Positions 13,339-28,079 of a DNA stretch of 64,000 bases are shown piece by piece. Below the pieces are notes generated by a model. That model was not told where the DNA came from and searched no databases. It worked only from the letters and a program-made list of their open reading frames with translations. Positions within the stretch are counted from its first letter, which is position 1; each line of letters opens with the position of its first letter. Location: the NCBI GenBank assembly GCA_964057225.1, contig OZ059894.1, forward strand, positions 22,940,001-23,004,000, written 5' to 3'. The position numbers were made by a program, and so were the translations under genes. This DNA is from Auanema rhodensis (taxonomy: Eukaryota > Animalia > Nematoda).

Positions 13339-16300
13339 CATGTACACTCAACATTGCTTCCAAAAACATTTTGACAAAAATTTTTTCGAAAAATTTCAAA
13401 ATAATTTAGCAAAAAGTAGATGTTTTTAGATTCCTTTTTTCAAGGCAAAGACGATGGACAATGTTATTCAACGAAAAAATTAATTCTTCAGGGTGAAAAT
13501 CGAGGATATAAGTGTGAACTTATATCAGTTGATATCTCGGTGCATTTTTAAGCTAGCGCAAATCTGATAACACAGATCGACGCAGCTTAAAAATCCGCAT
13601 CGAATGCACTATACTACATTGAGAAACGCTTGATACAAAAATTAGTTATGATCGTTTGAAAAATGATGCATTAGTGTATGTTGAGTTTCCATGTACACTC
13701 AACATTGCTTCCAAAAACATTTTGACAAAAATTTTTTCGAAAAATTTCAAAATAATTTAGCAAAAAGTAGATGTTTTTAGATTCCATTTTTCAAGGCAAA
13801 GACGATGGACAATGTTATTCAACGAAAAAATTAATTCTTCAGGGTGAAAATCGAGGATATAAGTGTGAACTTAAATCAGTTGATATCTCGGTGCATTTTT
13901 AAGCTAGCGCAAATCTGATAACACAGATCGACGCAGCTTAACAATCCGCATCGAATGCACTATACTACATTGAAAAACGCTTAATACAAAAATTAGTTAT
14001 GATCGTTTGAAAAATGATGCATTAGTGTATGTTGAGTTTCCATGTACACTCAACATTGCTTCCAAAAACATTTTGACAAAAATTTTTTCGAAAAATTTCA
14101 AAATAATTTAGCAAAAAGTAGATGTTTTTAGATTCCTTTTTTCAAGGCAAAGACGATGGACAATGTTATTCAACGAAAAAATTATTTCTTCAGGGTGAAA
14201 ATCGAGGATATAAGTGTGAACTTATATCAGTTGATATCTCGGTGCATTTTTAAGCTGACGCAAATCTGATAACACAGATCGACGCAGCTTAAAAATCCGC
14301 ATCGAATGCACTATACTACATTGAGAAACGCTTGATACAAAAATTAGTTATGATCGTTTGAAAAATGATGCATTAGTGTATGTTGAGTTTCCATGTACAC
14401 TCAACATTGCTTCCAAAAACATTTTGACAAAAATTTTTTCGAAAAATTTCAAAATAATTTAGCAAAAAGTAGATGTTTTTAGATTCCATTTTTCAAGGCA
14501 AAGACGATGGACAATGTTATTCAACGAAAAAATTAATTCTTCAGGGTGAAAATCGAGGATATAAGTGTGAACTTATATCAGTTGATTTCTCGGTGCATTT
14601 TTAAGCTAGCGCAAATCTGATAACACAGATCGACGCAGCTTAAAAATCCGCATCGAATGCACTATACTACATTGAGAAACGCTTGATACAAAAATTAGTT
14701 ATGATCGTTTGAAAAATGATGCATTAGTGTATGTTGAGTTTCCATGTACACTCAACATTGCTTCCAAAAACATTTTGACAAAAATTTTTTCGAAAATTTT
14801 CAAAAGAATTTAGCAAAAAGTAGATGTTTTTAGATTCCATTTTTCAAGGCAAAGACGATGGACAATGTTATTCAACGAAAAAATTATTTCTTCAGGGTGA
14901 AAATCGAGGATATAAGTGTGAACTTATATCAGTTGATATCTCGGTGCATTTTTAAGTTAGCGCAAATCTGATAACACAGATCGACGCAGCTTAAAAATCC
15001 GAAGCGAATGCACTATACTACATTGAGAAACGCTTGATACAAAAATTAGTTATGATCGTTTGAAAAATGATGCATTAGTGTATGTTGAGTTTCCATGTAC
15101 ACTCAACATTGCTTCCAAAAACATTTTGACTAAAATTTTTTTGAAAAATTTCAAAATAATTTAGCAAAAAGTAGATGTTTTTAGATTCCTTTTTTCAAGG
15201 CAAAGACGATGGACAATGTTATTCAACGAAAAAATTAATTCTTCAGGGTGAAAATCGAGGATATAAGTGTGAACTTATATCAGTTGATATCTCGGTGCAT
15301 TTTTAAGCTAGCGCAAATCTGATAACACAGATCGACGCAGCTTAAAAATCCGCAGCGAATGCACTATACTACATTGAGAAACGCTTGATACAAAAATTAG
15401 TTATGATCGTTTGAAAAATGATGCATTAGTGTATGTTGAGTTTCCATGTACACTCAACATTGCTTCCAAAAACATTTTGACAAAAATTTTTTCGAAAATT
15501 TTCAAAAGAATTTAGCAAAAAGTAGATGTTTTTAGATTCCATTTTTCAAGGCAAAGACGATGGACAATGTTATTCAACGAAAAAATTATTTCTTCAGGGT
15601 GAAAATCGAGGATATAAGTGTGAACTTATATCAGTTGATATCTCGGTGCATTTTTAAGTTAGCGCAAATCTGATAACACAGATCGACGCAGCTTAAAAAT
15701 CCGCAGCGAATGCACTATACTACATTGAGAAACGCTTGATACAAAAATTAGTTATGATCGTTTGAAAAATGATGCATTAGTGTATGTTGAGTTTCCATGT
15801 ACACTCAACATTGCTTCCAAAAACATTTTGACTAAAATTTTTTTGAAAAATTTCAAAATAATTTAGCAAAAAGTAGATGTTTTTAGATTCCTTTTTTCAA
15901 GGCAAAGACGATGGACAATGTTATTCAACGAAAAAATTAATTCTTCAGGGTGAAAATCGAGGATATAAGTGTGAACTTATATCAGTTGATATCTCGGTGC
16001 ATTTTTAAGCTAGCGCAAATCTGATAACACAGATCGACGCAGCTTAAAAATCCGCAGCGAATGCACTATACTACATTGAGAAACGCTTGATACAAAAATT
16101 AGTTATGATCGTTTGAAAAATGATGCATTAGTGTATGTTGAGTTTCCATGTACACTCAACATTGCTTCCAAAAACATTTTGACAAAAATTTTTTCGAAAA
16201 ATTTCAAAATAATTTAGCAAAAAGTAGATGTTTTTAGATTCCTTTTTTCAAGGCAAAGACGATGGACAATGTTATTCAACGAAAAAATTAATTCTTCAGG

Positions 16301-18954
16301 GTGAAAATCGAGGATATAAGTGTGAACTTATATCAGTTGATATCTCGGTGCATTTTTAAGCTAGCGCAAATCTGATAACACAGATCGACGCAGCTTAAAA
16401 ATCCGCATCGAATGCACTATACTACATTGAGAAACGCTTGATACAAAAATTAGTTATGATCGTTTGAAAAATGATGCATTAGTGTATGTTGAGTTTCCAT
16501 GTACACTCAACATTGCTTCCAAAAACATTTTGACAAAAATTTTTTCGAAAAATTTCAAAATAATTTAGCAAAAAGTAGATGTTTTTAGATTCCATTTTTC
16601 AAGGCAAAGACGATGGACAATGTTATTCAACGAAAAAATTAATTCTTCAGGGTGAAAATCGAGGATATAAGTGTGAACTTAAATCAGTTGATATCTCGGT
16701 GCATTTTTAAGCTAGCGCAAATCTGATAACACAGATCGACGCAGCTTAACAATCCGCATCGAATGCACTATACTACATTGAAAAACGCTTAATACAAAAA
16801 TTAGTTATGATCGTTTGAAAAATGATGCATTAGTGTATGTTGAGTTTCCATGTACACTCAACATTGCTTCCAAAAACATTTTGACAAAAATTTTTTCGAA
16901 AAATTTCAAAATAATTTAGCAAAAAGTAGATGTTTTTAGATTCCTTTTTTCAAGGCAAAGACGATGGACAATGTTATTCAACGAAAAAATTATTTCTTCA
17001 GGGTGAAAATCGAGGATATAAGTGTGAACTTATATCAGTTGATATCTCGGTGCATTTTTAAGCTGACGCAAATCTGATAACACAGATCGACGCAGCTTAA
17101 AAATCCGCATCGAATGCACTATACTACATTGAGAAACGCTTGATACAAAAATTAGTTATGATCGTTTGAAAAATGATGCATTAGTGTATGTTGAGTTTCC
17201 ATGTACACTCAACATTGCTTCCAAAAACATTTTGACAAAAATTTTTTCGAAAAATTTCAAAATAATTTAGCAAAAAGTAGATGTTTTTAGATTCCATTTT
17301 TCAAGGCAAAGACGATGGACAATGTTATTCAACGAAAAAATTAATTCTTCAGGGTGAAAATCGAGGATATAAGTGTGAACTTATATCAGTTGATTTCTCG
17401 GTGCATTTTTAAGCTAGCGCAAATCTGATAACACAGATCGACGCAGCTTAAAAATCCGCATCGAATGCACTATACTACATTGAGAAACGCTTGATACAAA
17501 AATTAGTTATGATCGTTTGAAAAATGATGCATTAGTGTATGTTGAGTTTCCATGTACACTCAACATTGCTTCCAAAAACATTTTGACAAAAATTTTTTCG
17601 AAAATTTTCAAAAGAATTTATCAAAAAGTAGATGTTTTTAGATTCCATTTTTCAAGGCAAAGACGATGGACAATGTTATTCAACGAAAAAATTATTTCTT
17701 CAGGGTGAAAATCGAGGATATAAGTGTGAACTTATATCAGTTGATATCTCGGTGCATTTTTAAGTTAGCGCAAATCTGATAACACAGATCGACGCAGCTT
17801 AAAAATCCGAAGCGAATGCACTATACTACATTGAGAAACGCTTGATACAAAAATTAGTTATGATCGTTTGAAAAATGATGCATTAGTGTATGTTGAGTTT
17901 CCATGTACACTCAACATTGCTTCCAAAAACATTTTGACTAAAATTTTTTTGAAAAATTTCAAAATAATTTAGCAAAAAGTAGATGTTTTTAGATTCCTTT
18001 TTTCAAGGCAAAGACGATGGACAATGTTATTCAACGAAAAAATTAATTCTTCAGGGTGAAAATCGAGGATATAAGTGTGAACTTATATCAGTTGATATCT
18101 CGGTGCATTTTTAAGCCAGCGCAAATCTGATAACACAGATCGACGCAGCTTAAAAATCCGCAGCGAATGCACTATACTACATTGAGAAACGCTTGATACA
18201 AAAATTAGTTATGATCGTTTGAAAAATGATGCATTAGTGTATGTTGAGTTTCCATGTACACTCAACATTGCTTCCAAAAACATTTTGACAAAAATTTTTT
18301 CGAAAATTTTCAAAAGAATTTAGCAAAAAGTAGATGTTTTTAGATTCCATTTTTCAAGGCAAAGACGATGGACAATGTTATTCAACGAAAAAATTATTTC
18401 TTCAGGGTGAAAATCGAGGATATAAGTGTGAACTTATATCAGTTGATATCTCGGTGCATTTTTAAGTTAGCGCAAATCTGATAACACAGATCGACGCAGC
18501 TTAAAAATCCGCAGCGAATGCACTATACTACATTGAGAAACGCTTGATACAAAAATTAGTTATGATCGTTTGAAAAATGATGCATTAGTGTATGTTGAGT
18601 TTCCATGTACACTCAACATTGCTTCCAAAAACATTTTGACTAAAATTTTTTTGAAAAATTTCAAAATAATTTAGCAAAAAGTAGATGTTTTTAGATTCCT
18701 TTTTTCAAGGCAAAGACGATGGACAATGTTATTCAACGAAAAAATTAATTCTTCAGGGTGAAAATCGAGGATATAAGTGTGAACTTATATCAGTTGATAT
18801 CTCGGTGCATTTTTAAGCTAGCGCAAATCTGATAACACAGATCGACGCAGCTTAAAAATCCGCAGCGAATGCACTATACTACATTGAGAAACGCTTGATA
18901 CAAAAATTAGTTATGATCGTTTGAAAAATGATGCATTAGTGTATGTTGAGTTTC
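13339..18954 (+). repeat. Tandem 8-mer higher-order duplication (2808-bp period)
   Basis: Rare variants CTTAAATCAG, TTAACAATCC and TGAAAAACG at ~13870-13980 recur at ~16680-16790. CCGAAGCG at ~15001 recurs at ~17809. The offset is 2808 = 8x351. Confidence 0.9.
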
Positions 18955-21900
18955 CATGTACACTCAACATTGCTTCCAAAAACATTTTGACAAAAATTTT
19001 TTCGAAAAATTTCAAAATAATTTAGCAAAAAGTAGATGTTTTTAGATTCCATTTTTCAAGGCAAAGACGATGGACAATGTTATTCAACGAAAAAATTATT
19101 TCTTCAGGGTGAAAATCGAGGATATAAGTGTGAACTTATATCAGTTGATATCTCGGTGCATTTTTAAGTTAGCGCAAATCTGATAACACAGATCGACGCA
19201 GCTTAAAAATCCGCATCGAATGCACTATACTACATTGAGAAACGCTTGATACAAAAATTAGTTATGATCGTTTGAAAAATGATGCATTAGTGTATGTTGA
19301 GTTTCCATGTACACTCAACATTGCTTCCAAAAACATTTTGACTAAAATTTTTTTGAAAAATTTCAAAATAATTTAGCAAAAAGTAGATGTTTTTAGATTC
19401 CTTTTTTCAAGGCAAAGACGATGGACAATGTTATTCAACGAAAAAATTAATTCTTCAGGGTGAAAATCGAGGATATAAGTGTGAACTTATATCAGTTGAT
19501 ATCTCGGTGCATTTTTAAGTTAGCGCAAATCTGATAACACAGATCGACGCAGCTTAAAAATCCGCATCGAATGCACTATACTACATTGAGAAACGCTTGA
19601 TACAAAAATTAGTTATGATCGTTTGAAAAAAGATGCATTAGTGTATGTTGAGTTTCCATGTACACTCAACATTGCTTCCAAAAACATTTTGACAAAAATT
19701 TTTTCGAAAAATTTCAAAGTAATTTAGCAAAAAGTAGATGTTTTTAGATTCCATTTTTCAAGGCAAAGACGATGGACAATGTTATTCAACGAAAAAATTA
19801 ATTCTTCAGGGTGAAAATCGAGGATATAAGTGTGAACTTATATCAGTTGATATCTCGGTGCATTTTTAAGCTAGCGCAAATCTGATAACACAGATCGACG
19901 CAGCTTAAAAATCCGCATCGAATGCACTATACTACATTGAGAAACGCTTGATACAAAAATTAGTTATGATCGTTTGAAAAATGATGCATTAGTGTATGTT
20001 GAGTTTCCATGTACACTCAACATTGCTTCCAAAAACATTTTGACAAAAATTTTTTCGAAAAATTTCAAAATAATTTAGCAAAAAGTAGATGTTTTTAGAT
20101 TCCATTTTTCAAGGCAAAGACGATGGACAATGTTATTCAACGAAAAAATTAATTCTTCAGGGTGAAAATCGAGGATATAAGTGTGAACTTATATCAGTTG
20201 ATATCTCGGTGCATTTTTAAGCTGACGCAAATCTGATAACACAGATCGACGCAGCTTAAAAATCCGCATCGAATGCACTATACTACATTGAGAAACGCTT
20301 GATACAAAAATTAGTTATGATCGTTTGAAAAATGATGCATTAGTGTATGTTGAGTTTCCATGTACACTCAACATTGCTTCCAAAAACATTTTGACAAAAA
20401 TTTTTTCGAAAAATTTCAAAATAATTTAGCAAAAAGTAGATGTTTTTAGATTCCATTTTTCAAGGCAAAGACGATGGACAATGTTATTCAACGAAAAAAT
20501 TAATTCTTCAGGGTGAAAATCGAGGATATAAGTGTGAACTTATATCAGTTGATATCTCGGTGCATTTTTAAGCTAGCGCAAATCTGATAACACAGATCGA
20601 CGCAGCTTAAAAATCCGCATCGAATGCACTATACTACATTGAGAAACGCTTAATACAAAAATTAGTTATGATCGTTTGAAAAATGATGCATTAGTGTATG
20701 TTGAGTTTCCATGTACACTCAACATTGCTTCCAAAAACATTTTGACAAAAATTTTTTCGAAAAATTTCAAAATAATTTAGCAAAAAGTAGATGTTTTTAG
20801 ATTCCTTTTTTCAAGGCAAAGACGATGGACAATGTTATTCAACGAAAAAATTATTTCTTCAGGGTGAAAATCGAGGATATAAGTGTGAACTTATATCAGT
20901 TGATATCTCGGTGCATTTTTAAGCTAGCGCAAATCTGATAACACAGATCGACGCAGCTTAAAAATCCGCATCGAATGCACTATACTACATTGAGAAACGC
21001 TTAATACAAAAATTAGTTATGATCGTTTGAAAAATGATGCATTAGTGTATGTTGAGTTTCCATGTACACTCAACATTGCTTCCAAAAACATTTTGACAAA
21101 AATTTTTTCGAAAAATTTCAAAATAATTTAGCAAAAAGTAGATGTTTTTAGATTCCTTTTTTCAAGGCAAAGACGATGGACAATGTTATTCAACGAAAAA
21201 ATTATTTCTTCAGGGTGAAAATCGAGGATATAAGTGTGAACCTATATCAGTTGATTTCTCGGTGCATTTTTAAGCTAGCGCAAATCTGATAACACAGATC
21301 GACGCAGCTTAAAAATCCGCATCGAATGCACTATACTACATTGAGAAACGCTTGATACAAAAATTAGTTATGATCGTTTGAAAAATGATGCATTAGTGTA
21401 TGTTGAGTTTCCATGTACACTCAACATTGCTTCCAAAAACATTTTGACAAAAATTTTTTCGAAATTTTTCAAAAGAATTTAGCAAAAAGTAGATGTTTTT
21501 AGATTCCATTTTTCAAGGCAAAGACGATGGACAATGTTATTCAACGAAAAAATTATTTCTTCAGGGTGAAAATCGAGGATATAAGTGTGAACTTATATCA
21601 GTTGATATCTCGGTGCATTTTTAAGTTAGCGCAAATCTGATAACACAGATCGACGCAGCTTAAAAATCCGCAGCGAATGCACTATACTACATTGAGAAAC
21701 GCTTGATACAAAAATTAGTTATGATCGTTTGAAAAATGATGCATTAGTGTATGTTGAGTTTCCATGTACACTCAATATTGCTTCCAAAAACATTTTGACA
21801 AAAATTTTTTCGAAAAATTTCAAAGTAATTTAGCAAAAAGTAGATGTTTTTAGATTCCTTTTTTCAAGGCAAAGACGATGGACAATGTTATTCAACGAAA

Positions 21901-24570
21901 AAATTATTTCTTCAGGGTGAAAATCGAGGATATAAGTGTGAACTTATATCAGTTGATATCTCGGTGCATTTTTAAGCTAGCGCAAATCTGATAACACAGA
22001 TCGACGCAGCTTAAAAATCCGCATCGAATGCACTTTACTACATTGAGAAACGCTTGATACAAAAATTAGTTATGATCGTTTGAAAAATGATGCATTAGTG
22101 TATGTTGAGTTTCCATGTACACTCAACATTGCTTCCAAAAACATTTTGACAAAAATTTTTTCGAAAAATTTCAAAATAATTTAGCAAAAAGTAGATGTTT
22201 TTAGATTCCATTTTTCAAGGCAAAGACGATGGACAATGTTATTCAACGAAAAAATTAATTCTTCAGGGTGAAAATCGAGGATATAAGTGTGAACTTATAT
22301 CAGTTGATATCTCGGTGCATTTTTAAGCTGACGCAAATCTGATAACACAGATCGACGCAGCTTAAAAATCCGCATCGAATGCACTATACTACATTGAGAA
22401 ACGCTTGATACAAAAATTAGTTATGATCGTTTGAAAAATGATGCATTAGTGTATGTTGAGTTTCCATGTACACTCAACATTGCTTCCAAAAACATTTTGA
22501 CAAAAATTTTTTCGAAAAATTTCAAAATAATTTAGCAAAAAGTAGATGTTTTTAGATTCCATTTTTCAAGGCAAAGACGATGGACAATGTTATTCAACGA
22601 AAAAATTAATTCTTCAGGGTGAAAATCGAGGATATAAGTGTGAATTTATATCAGTTGATATCTCGGTGCATTTTTAAGCTAGCGCAAATCTGATAACACA
22701 GATCGACGCAGCTTAAAAATCCGCATCGAATGCACTATACTACATTGAGAAACGCTTAATACAAAAATTAGTTATGATCGTTTGAAAAATGATGCATTAG
22801 TGTATGTTGAGTTTCCATGTACACTCAACATTGCTTCCAAAAACATTTTGACAAAAATTTTTTCGAAAAATTTCAAAATAATTTAGCAAAAAGTAGATGT
22901 TTTTAGATTCCTTTTTTCAAGGCAAAGACGATGGACAATGTTATTCAACGAAAAAATTATTTCTTCAGGGTGAAAATCGAGGATATAAGTGTGAACTTAT
23001 ATCAGTTGATATCTCGGTGCATTTTTAAGCTAGCGCAAATCTGATAACACAGATCGACGCAGCTTAAAAATCCGCATCGAATGCACTATACTACATTGAG
23101 AAACGCTTAATACAAAAATTAGTTATGATCGTTTGAAAAATGATGCATTAGTGTATGTTGAGTTTCCATGTACACTCAACATTGCTTCCAAAAACATTTT
23201 GACAAAAATTTTTTCGAAAAATTTCAAAATAATTTAGCAAAAAGTAGATGTTTTTAGATTCCTTTTTTCAAGGCAAAGACGATGGACAATGTTATTCAAC
23301 GAAAAAATTATTTCTTCAGGGTGAAAATCGAGGATATAAGTGTGAACCTATATCAGTTGATTTCTCGGTGCATTTTTAAGCTAGCGCAAATCTGATAACA
23401 CAGATCGACGCAGCTTAAAAATCCGCATCGAATGCACTATACTACATTGAGAAACGCTTGATACAAAAATTAGTTATGATCGTTTGAAAAATGATGCATT
23501 AGTGTATGTTGAGTTTCCATGTACACTCAACATTGCTTCCAAAAACATTTTGACAAAAATTTTTTCGAAAAATTTCAAAATAATTTAGCAAAAAGTAGAT
23601 GTTTTTAGATTCCTTTTTTCAAGGCAAAGACGATGGACAATGTTATTCAACGAAAAAATTATTTCTTCAGGGTGAAAATCGAGGATATAAGTGTGAACCT
23701 ATATCAGTTGATTTCTCGGTGCATTTTTAAGCTAGCGCAAATCTGATAACACAGATCGACGCAGCTTAAAAATCCGCATCGAATGCACTATACTACATTG
23801 AGAAACGCTTGATACAAAAATTAGTTATGATCGTTTGAAAAATGATGCATTAGTGTATGTTGAGTTTCCATGTACACTCAACATTGCTTCCAAAAACATT
23901 TTGACAAAAATTTTTTCGAAATTTTTCAAAAGAATTTAGCAAAAAGTAGATGTTTTTAGATTCCATTTTTCAAGGCAAAGACGATGGACAATGTTATTCA
24001 ACGAAAAAATTATTTCTTCAGGGTGAAAATCGAGGATATAAGTGTGAACTTATATCAGTTGATATCTCGGTGCATTTTTAAGTTAGCGCAAATCTGATAA
24101 CACAGATCGACGCAGCTTAAAAATCCGCAGCGAATGCACTATACTACATTGAGAAACGCTTGATACAAAAATTAGTTATGATCGTTTGAAAAATGATGCA
24201 TTAGTGTATGTTGAGTTTCCATGTACACTCAATATTGCTTCCAAAAACATTTTGACAAAAATTTTTTCGAAAAATTTCAAAGTAATTTAGCAAAAAGTAG
24301 ATGTTTTTAGATTCCATTTTTCAAGGCAAAGACGATGGACAATGTTATTCAACGAAAAAATTAATTCTTCAGGGTGAAAATCGAGGATATAAGTGTGAAC
24401 TTATATCAGTTGATATCTCGGTGCATTTTTAAGCTAGCGCAAATCTGATAACACAGATCGACGCAGCTTAAAAATCCGCATCGAATGCACTATACTACAT
24501 TGAGAAACGCTTGATACAAAAATTAGTTATGATCGTTTGAAAAATGATGCATTAGTGTATGTTGAGTTTC

Positions 24571-25974
24571 CATGTACACTCAACATTGCTTCCAAAAACA
24601 TTTTGACTAAAATTTTTTTGAAAAATTTCAAAATAATTTAGCAAAAAGTAGATGTTTTTAGATTCCTTTTTTCAAGGCAAAGACGATGGACAATGTTATT
24701 CAACGAAAAAATTAATTCTTCAGGGTGAAAATCGAGGATATAAGTGTGAACTTATATCAGTTGATATCTCGGTGCATTTTTAAGTTAGCGCAAATCTGAT
24801 AACACAGATCGACGCAGCTTAAAAATCCGCATCGAATGCACTATACTACATTGAGAAACGCTTGATACAAAAATTAGTTATGATCGTTTGAAAAAAGATG
24901 CATTAGTGTATGTTGAGTTTCCATGTACACTCAACATTGCTTCCAAAAACATTTTGACAAAAATTTTTTCGAAAAATTTCAAAGTAATTTAGCAAAAAGT
25001 AGATGTTTTTAGATTCCATTTTCCAAGGCAAAGACGATGGACAATGTTATTCAACGAAAAAATTAATTCTTCAGGGTGAAAATCGAGGATATAAGTGTGA
25101 ACTTATATCAGTTGATATCTCGGTGCATTTTTAAGCTAGCGCAAATCTGATAACACAGATCGACGCAGCTTAAAAATCCGCATCGAATGCACTATACTAC
25201 ATTGAGAAACGCTTGATACAAAAATTAGTTATGATCGTTTGAAAAAAGATGCATTAGTGTATGTTGAGTTTCCATGTACACTCAACATTGCTTCCAAAAA
25301 CATTTTGACTAAAATTTTTTTGAAAAATTTCAAAATAATTTAGCAAAAAGTAGATGTTTTTAGATTCCTTTTTTCAAGGCAAAGACGATGGACAATGTTA
25401 TTCAACGAAAAAATTAATTCTTCAGGGTGAAAATCGAGGATATAAGTGTGAACTTATATCAGTTGATATCTCGGTGCATTTTTAAGTTAGCGCAAATCTG
25501 ATAACACAGATCGACGCAGCTTAAAAATCCGCATCGAATGCACTATACTACATTGAGAAACGCTTGATACAAAAATTAGTTATGATCGTTTGAAAAAAGA
25601 TGCATTAGTGTATGTTGAGTTTCCATGTACACTCAACATTGCTTCCAAAAACATTTTGACAAAAATTTTTTCGAAAAATTTCAAAGTAATTTAGCAAAAA
25701 GTAGATGTTTTTAGATTCCATTTTCCAAGGCAAAGACGATGGACAATGTTATTCAACGAAAAAATTAATTCTTCAGGGTGAAAATCGAGGATATAAGTGT
25801 GAACTTATATCAGTTGATATCTCGGTGCATTTTTAAGCTAGCGCAAATCTGATAACACAGATCGACGCAGCTTAAAAATCCGCATCGAATGCACTATACT
25901 ACATTGAGAAACGCTTGATACAAAAATTAGTTATGATCGTTTGAAAAATGATGCATTAGTGTATGTTGAGTTTC
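24571..25974 (+). repeat. Tandem dimer duplication (702 bp), with a related copy at 19306-20007
   Basis: Shared GACTAAAATTTTTTTG, AAGTTAGC, GAAAAAAGATG and CAAAGTAAT. ATTTTCCAAGG occurs only in the two tandem copies. Confidence 0.85.
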
Positions 25975-28079
25975 CATGTACACTCAACATTGCTTCCAAA
26001 AACATTTTGACAAAAATTTTTTCGAAAAATTTCAAAATAATTTAGCAAAAAGTAGATGTTTTTAGATTCCATTTTTCAAGGCAAAGACGATGGACAATGT
26101 TATTCAACGAAAAAATTAATTCTTCAGGGTGAAAATCGAGGATATAAGTGTGAACTTATATCAGTTGATATCTCGGTGCATTTTTAAGCTAGCGCAAATC
26201 TGATAACACAGATCGACGCAGCTTAAAAATCCGCATCGAATGCACTATACTACATTGAGAAACGCTTAATACAAAAATTAGTTATGATCGTTTGAAAAAT
26301 GATGCATTAGTGTATGTTGAGTTTCCATGTACACTCAACATTGCTTCCAAAAACATTTTGACAAAAATTTTTTCGAAAAATTTCAAAATAATTTAGCAAA
26401 AAGTAGATGTTTTTAGATTCCATTTTTCAAGGCAAAGACGATGGACAATGTTATTCAACGAAAAAATTATTTCTTCAGGGTGAAAATCGAGGATATAAGT
26501 GTGAACTTATATCAGTTGATATCTCGGTGCATTTTTAAGCTAGCGCAAATCTGATAACACAGATCGACGCAGCTTAAAAATCCGCATCGAATGCACTATA
26601 CTACATTGAGAAACGCTTAATACAAAAATTAGTTATGATCGTTTGAAAAATGATGCATTAGTGTATGTTGAGTTTCCATGTACACTCAATATTGCTTCCA
26701 AAAACATTTTGACAAAAATTTTTTCGAGAAATTTCAAAATAATTTAGCAAAAAGTAGATGTTTTTAGATTCCTTTTTTCAAGGCAAAGACGATGGACAAT
26801 GTTATTCAACGAAAAAATTATTTCTTCAGGGTGAAAATCGAGGATATAAGTGTGAACTTATATCAGTTGATATCTCGGTGCATTTTTAAGCTAGCGCAAA
26901 TCTGATAACACAGATCCACGCAGCTTAAAAATCCGCATCGAATGCACTATACTACATTGAGAAACGCTTGATACAAAAATTAGTTATGATCGTTTGAAAA
27001 ATGATGCATTAGTGTATGTTGAGTTTCCATGTACACTCAACATTGCTTCCAAAAACATTTTGACAAAAATTTTTTCGAAAAATTTCAAAAGAATTTAGCA
27101 AAAAGTAGATGTTTTTAGATTCCATTTTTCAAGGCAAAGACGATAGACAATGTTATTTAACGAAAAAATTAATTCTTTAGGGTGAAAATCGAGGATATAA
27201 GTGTGAACTTATATCAGTTGATATCTCGGTGCATTTTTAAGCTAGCGCAAATCTGATCACACAGATCGACGCAGCTTAAAAATCCGCATCGAATGCACTA
27301 TACTACATTGAGAAACGCTTAATACACAAATTAGTTATGATCGTTTGAAAAATGATGCATTAGTGTATGTTGAGTTTCCATGTACACTCAATATTGCTTC
27401 CAAAAACATTTTGACAAAAATTTTTTCGAGAAATTTCAAAATAATTTAGCAAAAAGTAGATGTTTTTAGATTCCTTTTTTCAAGGAAAGACGATGGACAA
27501 TGTTATTCAACGAAAAAATTATTTCTTCAGGGTGAAAATCGAGGATATAAGTGTGAACTTATATCAGTTGATATCTCGGTGCATTTTAAAGCTAGCGCAA
27601 ATCTGATAACACAGATCGACGCAGCTTAAAAATCCGCATCGAATGCACTATACTACATTGAGAAACGCTTGATACAAAAATTAGTTATGATCGTTTGAAA
27701 AATGATGCATTAGTGTATGTTGAGTTTCCATGTACACTCAACATTGCTTCCAAAAACATTTTGACAAAAATTTTTTCGAAAAATTTCAAAATAATTTAGC
27801 AAAAAGTAGATGTTTTTAGATTCCTTTTTTCAAGGCAAAGACGATGGACAATGTTATTCAACGAAAAAATTATTTCTTCAGGGTGAAAATCGAGGATATA
27901 AGTGTGAACTTATATCAGTTGATATCTCGGTGCATTTTTAAGCTAGCGCAAATCTGATAACACAGATCGACGCAGCTTAAAAATCCGCATCGAATGCACT
28001 ATACTACATTGAGAAACGCTTGATACAAAAATTAGTTATGATCGTTTGAAAAATGATGCATTAGTGTATGTTGAGTTTC

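Noticed and set aside
17517-17708. 63-aa ORF on the + strand
   Set aside because: It lies wholly in satellite, starts at TTG and exists only because substitutions (including TAG>TAT at 17621) remove stops in this one monomer. It has no recognisable domain.
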